Shown here in pieces: positions 1 to 7,019 of a stretch of 47,751 nt of DNA (position 1 is its first letter; each line of letters starts with the position of its first letter). Origin of the DNA: a virus (lineage: Duplodnaviria; Caudoviricetes). The position numbers were made by a program, and so were the translations under genes. The DNA lies in IMG/VR virus record IMGVR_UViG_3300048853_000044, positions 1 to 47,751 of that record; one strand, 5' to 3'. Below the pieces are notes generated by a model. It was not told the DNA's origin. It searched no databases and saw nothing but the letters and a program-made list of their open reading frames with translations.

Positions 1-130
1 AGCTCTCGACCGGCCGGTCGACGGTGTAGCGGATCTGGCAGCGGGCGAAGGCCTCCGGCGGCACGGCATTGACCGGCGCCAGCGGATTGCCGGTGCTGAA
101 GGCCAGCACCTCGAAGGTGTTCCAGGAGAA
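1..130 (-). pseudogene. 3' portion of host M20 family metallopeptidase, interrupted by the prophage (continues past the window start)
   Basis: Minus-strand frame reads FSWNTFEVLAFSTGNPLAPVNAVPPEAFARCQIRYTVDRPVES. This continues ...GEPGLSAAEKVFSW from the right edge, and VNAVP is typical of the M20 dimerisation domain. No in-frame start codon is supplied by the phage side. Confidence 0.85.
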
Positions 131-141
131 CGATAAGAACC
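113..141. other. left prophage attachment junction (core site): GAAGGTGTT-CCAGGAG-AACGATAAGAACC
   Basis: Host ORF ends here and the integrase stop lies 17 bp further on. TTCCAGGAGAAC (120-131) matches TTCCACGAAAAC (47484-47495) at 10/12. Confidence 0.85.
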
Positions 142-157
142 TTGCTAGATCAGAAGA

Positions 158-1207
158 TTAGGGCGTCTTTTTCCGATGGTTTCCACGAGCGGTTTCCAGC
201 TTGGAAATGGCCGCTTCTGCCAGCTTTTGCTGGTCCGCACCCCTGGTGTAGTGCGCCACCATGGAGAGCGAGGCATGACCGCTGATCGCCGCGATCTCGA
301 GCATGCTGCAGCCCGCCTCGGCCAGTCTCACGGTGGCCAGCTTCCGCAGGCCATGGAGAGACCGACCATAGATGCCGATCTTGGGCAGATGGGTCCAGAA
401 AGCGGCGCTCATCACCTCCACATTCCAGGGGGCGCCGTCGTGCTTGACCAGGATGAAAGGCGAGGTGGACGTTCGCCTCCATTCCTCGATCTCAGCACGG
501 AAGCCGTCCGTCAGCGGCACCCGCAGTGACCGGCCCGTCTTCTGCTGAACTAGGCGAATCGCCTGGCCGTCGTATTGGTCCCACTGCATGCGGGCGAGAT
601 CGGCCCGCCTTTGCCCGGTGTTCAGCGCCAGGTTCATGGCCCTTTGAAGGGGCTGGGGAAGGTCGGTCAGGGCCTTCTGAACCTCTTCCTCCGTCCACGG
701 GGGGATTGCCCCAAGCGGCAGTTTCTTGATGCCAAACGCCGGGTTGAGCTCGAGCTTCCCGCGGTTGATCGCCCAGGAGTAGATAGTCGACAGGCAGGAC
801 ACCACGTTCATGGCGGTGCCAGGCCCGCTCTCGCGCGCCACGATGTCGCGAAGGTCGAGGACATGCGACCGCTTGATGTCTCTAGGGTCAGAGTCCTCGA
901 AGCGCCTCAGCCAGACTAGTGACCATTCTTTTGACCGCTTGGTCACCGGGCGGAGACCCAGGAACTCAGGGGACCGCCGGTAGGCGTCGATCAGGGCACC
1001 TAGGCCGGTTGCGGTCGCCTTGGTAGTCAGCGACTCGGCTTGCGCCTTGGCTTTGGCAAAGCCCGGGCTATCCGGCGGAGGCACCCGCGCCCCATTGGAG
1101 CGCAGGTAGTAGTAGACCGCGACCGTCCCGTCAGGCTTGCGCTTTGTGACGCGCTTGACGCCGGCGGGTAACGGGGGGAGAGGCGGCAAGGGCTGCGAGG
1201 GCGGCAT
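158..1207 (-). CDS. int: tyrosine recombinase / phage integrase
   Basis: Catalytic R (GQRRAD), K (QQKT), HxxR (HGLRK), H (SGH) and Y (HYT) are present. ATG at 1207 has an upstream GGAG; the ORF is open to 1258. Confidence 0.95.
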   Translation of the reverse strand: MPPSQPLPPLPPLPAGVKRVTKRKPDGTVAVYYYLRSNGARVPPPDSPGFAKAKAQAESLTTKATATGLGALIDAYRRSPEFLGLRPVTKRSKEWSLVWLRRFEDSDPRDIKRSHVLDLRDIVARESGPGTAMNVVSCLSTIYSWAINRGKLELNPAFGIKKLPLGAIPPWTEEEVQKALTDLPQPLQRAMNLALNTGQRRADLARMQWDQYDGQAIRLVQQKTGRSLRVPLTDGFRAEIEEWRRTSTSPFILVKHDGAPWNVEVMSAAFWTHLPKIGIYGRSLHGLRKLATVRLAEAGCSMLEIAAISGHASLSMVAHYTRGADQQKLAEAAISKLETARGNHRKKTP

Positions 1208-1412
1208 CGACGTCAACTCTCCGGGCCGGTTCAGTCGCCGAGCCCCCCATCGTTTCATCTAGGCTCTGGCGGTCCCAGCGCGGTGTGCGGGGACCGAAGT
1301 GTAGGCTCGGGCGTGGGATCTTGCCCGAGCGCACCAGGCGCGGCAGCTCATCAACTCGCACGCTGAGGTAGTCGGCGGCGGCTTCACGATCCAGCCAACG
1401 TGTCTCCCCCAC
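1131..1412 (-). CDS. xis: excisionase-like winged-helix protein (AlpA/Xis type)
   Basis: WLDREAAADYLSV...GKIPRP...PRWDRQSLD motif, overlapping the 5' end of int. Confidence 0.85.
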   Translation of the reverse strand: MGETRWLDREAAADYLSVRVDELPRLVRSGKIPRPSLHFGPRTPRWDRQSLDETMGGSATEPARRVDVDAALAALAASPPVTRRRQARHKAQA

Positions 1413-1413
1413 C

Positions 1414-1731
1414 CTACCCTCCCCTCATTTCCAAGGCATCGCGCGCGGGGAGAGCAATCCTCTGCTCCCGCGCCGCAAGGTAGGCGTTCCTGGCGGCGTC
1501 CATGCAGTGACTGGCCATCAGCTGCTCATAGGTGAAAGTCACCTTGCCATTCAGACCTACGGGTGCCAGGGGGCGTGAGCCCCGCTCCATGGCTATGGCC
1601 TCCGCCATGAGATCTGACAGAACCAACACGTCGCCAGCGGAGGCTTTGATGCGCTGCAGAAAATGGTCTCGGCCAGCCGCCGCGTGCGGGATGTCCTCGA
1701 TCATCTCTCTAGTCGTTCGCTTCCGCCTCAT
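1414..1731 (-). CDS. hypothetical phage protein
   Basis: Part of the tightly coupled leftward operon (ATGA overlap with the upstream gene). Confidence 0.6.
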   Translation of the reverse strand: MRRKRTTREMIEDIPHAAAGRDHFLQRIKASAGDVLVLSDLMAEAIAMERGSRPLAPVGLNGKVTFTYEQLMASHCMDAARNAYLAAREQRIALPARDALEMRGG

Positions 1732-1976
1732 GTCGCTTCCGGGGTGCCGAAGGCATCAGCGATGACCGCCCTGACTGACTGGTTGAGCGACAGGCTGTCC
1801 GTCTCCAGGATGAGCCGCAGGGCCATCAGCAGATCCTGCGAGGCAAGGGCGCGGACAGTCTCATCCTCGGCCATGCCGGCGTTGTTCAGCATCAGCAGAG
1901 CGCGCTCGACGGCTGGCTTTGCCTGCCCCTGAAACCAGGCATCCCTCAATGCCAGATCGACTTCATGCTTCGGCAC
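1728..1976 (-). CDS. hypothetical phage protein
   Basis: GTG at 1976 is preceded by AGGAGG; coupled to the next gene. The ORF track start is 2033. Confidence 0.55.
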   Translation of the reverse strand: MPKHEVDLALRDAWFQGQAKPAVERALLMLNNAGMAEDETVRALASQDLLMALRLILETDSLSLNQSVRAVIADAFGTPEAT

Positions 1977-2085
1977 CTGCAGCCTCCTGATGAGGGTTGG
2001 TGCGCTTCGACTCTTCCGGGCAGGGCGGCTCACCGGCCAAAAGGCGGGCGAGGATGCGCTGGATGGGCTGGCTGATGTGCTCCAT
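1963..2085 (-). CDS. small hypothetical protein (40 aa, MEHISQPIQRILARLLAGEPP...), not in ORF track
   Basis: ATG overlaps the TGA of the upstream gene and the ORF fills the operon gap. Confidence 0.45.
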   Translation of the reverse strand: MEHISQPIQRILARLLAGEPPCPEESKRTNPHQEAAGAEA

Positions 2086-2978
2086 CACTCGGTCTCACCG
2101 CTGAGGATCGGCACCTCGTCGCTGACGAGGTACTTCTGGCCGAGGATGGAGAAGTCGAACCCGACAGCGCGGCCGAGCAATCCCACGGCGCGCAGATTGC
2201 TCCGCATCATAGCCTGAGCGGGCTTCGCTGCTTCGTCTTCGCAGTCGCCCAGGATGTCCGTCACCTTCGAATGAGTGAGCAGCATCTGCGCGATGCCATC
2301 CTTCAAGGTCACGGTGGGTGCGGCCAGGACCATGGCTTCGAGTGCCCAGATCCGATCTAGGATTCTCTGCTCGGAAATTTCAGCCGCCTTGATGCTGCGC
2401 GCCTGCCCGGTGTCCCTCAGACCAAGCGACCTCTGCTGTATGTTATCGAGGGCATCCCACAGACGCAGCAGATCGGAAAACAGGCTTTCCGCCGAGACCG
2501 CAGACGGCTGGGGGGCGGTGCCGGACGCCTCGCCATCGAGAAGTCCCAGCAGACTGGCCATGTCTCGATTGAGCGCACGGTTCATCCGCTCATTGAAGGC
2601 GTGTTCGTCAAAGGGTTCGGCGGCGCTGTTCCTGAACGACTCGTCGTCGATCCACAGGCTTCGGAAGCGAGCCGAAATGCCGGCCCAGGTCCTGGCTCGG
2701 AAGCCAACCATCCTACCGACCGACTGATCCATTGCCTGGCTGAATGGCTCTGTGGCCTTGTCGATGGCGGCCTGATCGTCCTCGGGATAGAGGTCAAAGA
2801 CTGCGCTCCAATCGGCGTGCAAGCGGTCAAACAAGGCGCACTCGGCAATGAGGTCGCGGTCTTCCTGCACCTCGAGACCATGCTCCTTCAAGGCGCCGGC
2901 GTTCGGGAGTACGTTGGACGCGATCTGCTTGAGGGGCTGAGGGGCGAGCTTCGGCTGGCTTCTCGTCGAGGTGCTCAC
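2085..2978 (-). CDS. hypothetical phage protein with two similar helical units
   Basis: GTGA-coupled. RARTWAGISAR and APTVTLKDGIAQ look like repeated ends of a helical module. Confidence 0.65.
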   Translation of the reverse strand: MSTSTRSQPKLAPQPLKQIASNVLPNAGALKEHGLEVQEDRDLIAECALFDRLHADWSAVFDLYPEDDQAAIDKATEPFSQAMDQSVGRMVGFRARTWAGISARFRSLWIDDESFRNSAAEPFDEHAFNERMNRALNRDMASLLGLLDGEASGTAPQPSAVSAESLFSDLLRLWDALDNIQQRSLGLRDTGQARSIKAAEISEQRILDRIWALEAMVLAAPTVTLKDGIAQMLLTHSKVTDILGDCEDEAAKPAQAMMRSNLRAVGLLGRAVGFDFSILGQKYLVSDEVPILSGETE

Positions 2979-3403
2979 TTCTTGCGCTCCTCATGCTGAG
3001 CAGCAATGCCTGCGGCGGCGAGCAGGTGAGCCTGACTGCGCAACATCCGGGCCGTATAGTTCAGGACTTCGTCGAAGGCAGAGGCATCTTTCGAAGCAAC
3101 GATCATCTCGAGGAGGTTGGCGACACCGCGCATGTGGTAGGCGTTGTCCTCAGCCAGCAGACGCAGGGCCTGAGCCATGGACAAGCCCTTCCAGGTCTCG
3201 TCGTTTTCAAAGCCACCGGGGAAGGCATTCTCCACGATGGTCTTCGAGCGCGCGTAGCTGGCCGCCTGCGCGGCTTGGGCGCGGTCCTGCCATCCCGGGA
3301 AGTCGGCCGGGGCAGGACGGCCTTCCGCTGCCTGCGGCGGCGGCGGACTGTAGAGCAATGGATCGGTCTGATGCTCGGGTGTGTTCTCAGTAACTGCCAT
3401 CAC
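2975..3403 (-). CDS. hypothetical phage protein
   Basis: Coupled start/stop overlaps on both sides. Confidence 0.6.
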   Translation of the reverse strand: MMAVTENTPEHQTDPLLYSPPPPQAAEGRPAPADFPGWQDRAQAAQAASYARSKTIVENAFPGGFENDETWKGLSMAQALRLLAEDNAYHMRGVANLLEMIVASKDASAFDEVLNYTARMLRSQAHLLAAAGIAAQHEERKK

Positions 3404-3762
3404 ACCATCTCCAGAGCCTGCGAGCTGCGCGCGAACGCCACCACTGTGCGCCGCAATCGGGCAGCCTGCTCAGCGTCACCCTCGGCAAGCGCCTCCCAAG
3501 CATCGGCACGATACTGGGCCGCCCAGAGGGCGAGCTCGAGCGCCCGGCTGCCGCGGCCGCAAGCCGTCAGGGCATCCCGGCTGGAGCGCAGGACCATGAC
3601 TTCGGTCCGCATCTGCAGGGCCTTCATGGCCCGGCGGCGGACGGCGCCAGCACCAGGGCTGCGCACCTCCAACTTCGTGAGAACATTGTCATTTGCGATG
3701 ACAATCGACGGCGCCGGCACCAGGGGCTGCGCGGGGGCGGCGAGATAGTTGGCGAGGCTCAC
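3400..3762 (-). CDS. hypothetical phage protein
   Basis: GTG at 3762 overlaps the antirepressor stop (GTGA). Confidence 0.55.
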   Translation of the reverse strand: MSLANYLAAPAQPLVPAPSIVIANDNVLTKLEVRSPGAGAVRRRAMKALQMRTEVMVLRSSRDALTACGRGSRALELALWAAQYRADAWEALAEGDAEQAARLRRTVVAFARSSQALEMV

Positions 3763-4607
3763 TGCACCGTTCCTTCGGTCAGCAGGCCGACGATGCCAGC
3801 GGTCCACTTGAGCTGCCGGATGGGGGTGCCATTGCCTTGCCGCTTGCCGGTATCCAGCAGCGTCGCATGCGGCTCTCCGGCGGAAGTCGGCTCCCAGTAG
3901 GAGTGGCCCTTCCCGTCACGCTTGGTGACCTGGAAGCCGCGCTCGGCTAGCAACTTGTTCACTGCGATGGCGGACTTACCGCCAAGGCGGACACCGATGT
4001 CGGAGGGTGTCAGTAGAAGCTGCTGCTGCGGCGCCAGCAGATGGGTGATGCCCAGCTGAGCCAGGGGGTCGATGCCAGTCTCCAGCTTCGTCGCCCGGGC
4101 CGCGGACAGTGCTGCCTGGTTCTCGTCCAGACCGATCAGCTTGGCGATGCCGCGATAGGCGCGGAAGGTCGAAGCTGCCTCACGCGCGGTGACGCCGCGG
4201 CGGGCGGGCAGAGGTGCCGGCGACCGGATGGCACCGCGCTCGTAGGCATCGAATTTGTCGATGATCTCAATGGTGATCGCCGTCGCCTCGGCGGTCTCCG
4301 ACTTCGCGGTCAGGAAGATCGCCTGGCGCTTGTTCAGATAGTAGGCCGTGGCGCGCTGGCCCTTGCCAACAACGACGTCCGCGGTGGCCAGGTCGCCGAG
4401 CTGGGAAAGCGCCCCGCGGTGGGGCGCTATCAGTTCGCGGATCTTGCGCGGGCGTTCGAAGCCAAGCCGCGCCGCAAGATCGGTGTCGAGGATGCGGAGC
4501 TCGCCGTCACGACTGACGACGACAAGTTCGCTGCTGGTCGTCGTCTGCGTCGTGGCCAAAGTATCAGCCGTGCCGAGCAGGTCGGGGGTATGGAATGGGG
4601 AACGCAC
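3759..4607 (-). CDS. phage antirepressor-like DNA-binding protein
   Basis: N-terminal RILDTDLAARLGFERPRKIRELI...YYLNKRQAIFL and C-terminal KilAC-like LTPSDIG...SAIAVNKLLAERGFQ...QLKW. First gene of the left operon. Confidence 0.75.
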   Translation of the reverse strand: MRSPFHTPDLLGTADTLATTQTTTSSELVVVSRDGELRILDTDLAARLGFERPRKIRELIAPHRGALSQLGDLATADVVVGKGQRATAYYLNKRQAIFLTAKSETAEATAITIEIIDKFDAYERGAIRSPAPLPARRGVTAREAASTFRAYRGIAKLIGLDENQAALSAARATKLETGIDPLAQLGITHLLAPQQQLLLTPSDIGVRLGGKSAIAVNKLLAERGFQVTKRDGKGHSYWEPTSAGEPHATLLDTGKRQGNGTPIRQLKWTAGIVGLLTEGTVQ

Positions 4608-4641
4608 GGTGAGAGTGCCTCCGCTGGGTGCGAGGGCATAT

Positions 4642-4689
4642 CCGCATTTAAACGCGAATCAGTCAACCATAAACCGCATTATGATGCGG
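4642..4689. promoter_or_regulatory. left operators (OL-like): CCGCATTTAAACGCGA (4642-4657) and CCGCATTATGATGCGG (4674-4689), with leftward -35 TTGACT (4666-4661)
   Basis: Same 16-bp palindrome as the three sites between cI and cro. Confidence 0.75.
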
Positions 4690-5424
4690 TTACTCGTGGC
4701 GATAGCTCGCAACGACTTTGCCTTCGATCCAGACGGTGCTGCTTGCGGTGGCGTATGCGAACAGCGGAGTTGAACCATCGTGAAGGCCTGCATCAGAGAG
4801 GATGTGGATGTGCTGGCTCCATCGCGGCGATCTGGATCGCAGCATAAGCCACATGCTGTCGCCTTCTAGAACGACCTCTCGAATGCTGACGCGGGCGGCA
4901 GCTCTACCGAGGATGTCTGCCGGCATACCCCGCTCATCAGACATGTGTTCGACACAAACAACATGATCGCCGTTCTTTGGCTTACTTTCAATGTTGTCGT
5001 AGGAAGCATAAATAACAATGTCGTTTATATTGTAGTAGTTGCTAAAAGAATCATCGAGAATTTTTGCAGCAACTCTTGGAATGCCGGGATATCTTTCATC
5101 AATTGGTAGAGCTATAGTGCCTAAAGTGCCAAATCGAATTGCATAGTCAGGATTAATGACATCTGCTTTGATGTGGTAGTGTATTGGAACTAAGTTCTCG
5201 TCAGGAACTTGTTTGGTTAGTAGCCTTGGAACACTAACTTCAATTGCTGAAGCTAGATTTTCCAAGGTGTTGTAGGTGAGCGTATTAGACCGGCCTGCAA
5301 GAAAGTTCCTGAGAAGACTTTCTCCAATACCAGCTTCTTTCGCCCACCTATTGATCGAGATTTTCCGGTCCTTGCTCCATTGAAGAAGGATGGTTCGGAG
5401 GTTGTCGGGGCCGTTCTGATCCAT
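4690..5424 (-). CDS. CI-like repressor (HTH_XRE plus degenerate S24 peptidase-like domain)
   Basis: SINRWAKEAGIGESLLRNFLAGRS HTH and an S24-like C-terminus. Divergent from cro and visibly AT-richer than its neighbours. The start could be as far up as 5442. Confidence 0.85.
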   Translation of the reverse strand: MDQNGPDNLRTILLQWSKDRKISINRWAKEAGIGESLLRNFLAGRSNTLTYNTLENLASAIEVSVPRLLTKQVPDENLVPIHYHIKADVINPDYAIRFGTLGTIALPIDERYPGIPRVAAKILDDSFSNYYNINDIVIYASYDNIESKPKNGDHVVCVEHMSDERGMPADILGRAAARVSIREVVLEGDSMWLMLRSRSPRWSQHIHILSDAGLHDGSTPLFAYATASSTVWIEGKVVASYRHE

Positions 5425-5443
5425 AAGGGAGCAATTCACCAAA

Positions 5444-5512
5444 CCGCATCACCATGCGACCGCATTGTTGTGCGGATTAGGCTTGAAGTTCGCATCAGAA
5501 TGCGGGTAGCTT
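5444..5512. promoter_or_regulatory. right operators (OR-like) at 5444-5459, 5460-5475 and 5490-5505, with rightward promoter TTGAAG(5483)-N18-TAGCTT(5507)
   Basis: Three copies of CGCAT-N4-(A/G)TGCG between divergent cI and cro; one lies in the promoter spacer. Confidence 0.8.
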
Positions 5513-5519
5513 TCCCGCC

Positions 5520-5732
5520 ATGGCGATCGAAATTTCCATTCAACGGATCCGCGAATTCGCGAAGTCGGAAGGTTTGACGAAAGGTCGACTGGCCGTTCGT
5601 GCCGGCCTTCGCGACACCGTCTTGAGGAACTTCGATTCCGCCGATTGGAATCCCACGCTCGAAACGCTTCGGCGTCTTGAGGCACTCATCCCGGATCAGA
5701 CTCAGCAGCATGCGCCTGAGTCCGGGCAATGA
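5520..5732 (+). CDS. Cro-like HTH protein
   Basis: 70 aa, divergent from cI. Its HTH (KGRLAVRAGLRDTVLRNF...NPTLETLRRL) resembles that of CI. Confidence 0.85.
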   Translation: MAIEISIQRIREFAKSEGLTKGRLAVRAGLRDTVLRNFDSADWNPTLETLRRLEALIPDQTQQHAPESGQ

Positions 5733-6015
5733 CTGACACCAGTTTTCGTCGCTCTATGCAGCAGCCCACCCAGCCAAGGCCGGCATGGTGGACTGCGACC
5801 AGGATCTGCCCGTCTTCGCCGGCCTGCACATGCAGGCCGGCGCCCATCAAGATGCGGCTGCCCGGGAACATGACCGACCGCCGGCGGGGTTCCAGCTCCG
5901 CGCGGCAGGCCATCAAGTTCTCCGTCAGCTTCTCAAGGTCAGCGGCGCCCATCTCACGGTCGACGCTGATGATCGCGGTCTGCCGATCGACCGAAACGCC
6001 ACATTCAAATCCCAT
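5686..6015 (-). CDS. hypothetical moron, antisense between cro and the cII-position gene
   Basis: Strong AGGAGG before ATG 6015; globular-looking sequence with HHAGLGW. Confidence 0.6.
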   Translation of the reverse strand: MGFECGVSVDRQTAIISVDREMGAADLEKLTENLMACRAELEPRRRSVMFPGSRILMGAGLHVQAGEDGQILVAVHHAGLGWVGCCIERRKLVSVIARTQAHAAESDPG

Positions 6016-6083
6016 CCCTGCTCCTCCTGCGCACCTGATTGCCGCCTTCGACAAGTGGCAATCTCACGCAGGCGGAGTCGAAG

Positions 6084-6473
6084 ATGTTGGGCCACCCACA
6101 CAGATGCGCGGGCCATTCACCCAAGAGTTTGGGTCGCATGCCCGAGGACAAGGGCATGACGCGAGCTGATGCCATCCGCTTGGAGATGGCGGAGATCGTT
6201 GAGGAGGCTGCAGAGCCGTACCTCACGCTCGGCGTGAAGGCGGCTGTTGCTAGAGCCGCTCGAATTCTCGGCCTGACGATACGTCGGGCCGAGGCCTATC
6301 GATGGGGCGAAGTCCGCATGGTCCCAGGCTGGGAGATGGAGGAACTGCGCCTCCGTCGTGAAGCCTTGCGCGAACAGCGGATCGCTCAGTTGGAATCTGA
6401 CATTGCGGCGCTAAAGGCGTCGCGGAGATCGCACAATGCGCATTCTGGCGAGTGCCATGGAGAAGGTCGGTGA
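6084..6473 (+). CDS. DNA-binding protein in the cII position
   Basis: VKAAVARAARILGLTIRRAEAYRWGE HTH-like segment plus a coiled coil; GGAG before ATG 6084 (alternative starts 6138/6156). Confidence 0.65.
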   Translation: MLGHPHRCAGHSPKSLGRMPEDKGMTRADAIRLEMAEIVEEAAEPYLTLGVKAAVARAARILGLTIRRAEAYRWGEVRMVPGWEMEELRLRREALREQRIAQLESDIAALKASRRSHNAHSGECHGEGR

Positions 6474-6561
6474 TGCCTTTCTCCGGGCTGGTTCCTGGGC
6501 GCCTCCGGTTGCGAGGGCCTGCTACCGCGCAGCTGACTGGCTGAGAGGCATGCGGCGATGA
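6436..6561 (+). CDS. small hypothetical protein (41 aa, MRILASAMEKVGDAFLRAG...), not in ORF track
   Basis: GGAGA RBS; its stop overlaps the ATG at 6558. Confidence 0.5.
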   Translation: MRILASAMEKVGDAFLRAGSWAPPVARACYRAADWLRGMRR

Positions 6562-6812
6562 GCCCCGAAGGGCGTGCCGCTGAACTGACGGAGCAGCAGG
6601 TGAGAAACCGCCTGCAGAACCTCTGCGACCTAGCCGGTGGCCAGCGTGCCTTCGCTCAGGCGCAAGGGGTCTCGGAGACCGCAATTTCTGACTGCCTGAA
6701 CGTCAGGTTGGCAGGGATCAGCCCTGCCGTCCTTCGTAGCTTAGGCCTGCGCCAAGTCACGCGCTTCGCGCCGACGCGAAACCTCAATTCCATTCCGAAT
6801 GGCGGTGCCTGA
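6558..6812 (+). CDS. small HTH protein
   Basis: GGQRAFAQAQGVSETAISDCLN...LRSLGLRQV HTH pattern. Confidence 0.7.
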   Translation: MSPEGRAAELTEQQVRNRLQNLCDLAGGQRAFAQAQGVSETAISDCLNVRLAGISPAVLRSLGLRQVTRFAPTRNLNSIPNGGA

Positions 6813-7018
6813 TGGCGCAGAAGCTCGACAATGATCTCGCGTTGGGCCCGGTCAGCGCCGACGCGCCCGAGCCGTTGACGCCGTCTGACTGCGACCTCCG
6901 AGGGGAACCGCCTCCCCGAGACATCTTCATTGCGTTGGCTGTGAGGGAGTTCGGCATCTCTGTCGCCGAAGCTACCGCCATGGTCGATGAAGTCATTGCT
7001 CGTGATCGGGCTCACTGA
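6812..7018 (+). CDS. hypothetical protein
   Basis: Coupled on both sides. PLTPSDCDLR resembles the N-terminus of DUF1376-type phage proteins. Confidence 0.55.
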   Translation: MAQKLDNDLALGPVSADAPEPLTPSDCDLRGEPPPRDIFIALAVREFGISVAEATAMVDEVIARDRAH

Positions 7019-7019
7019 C

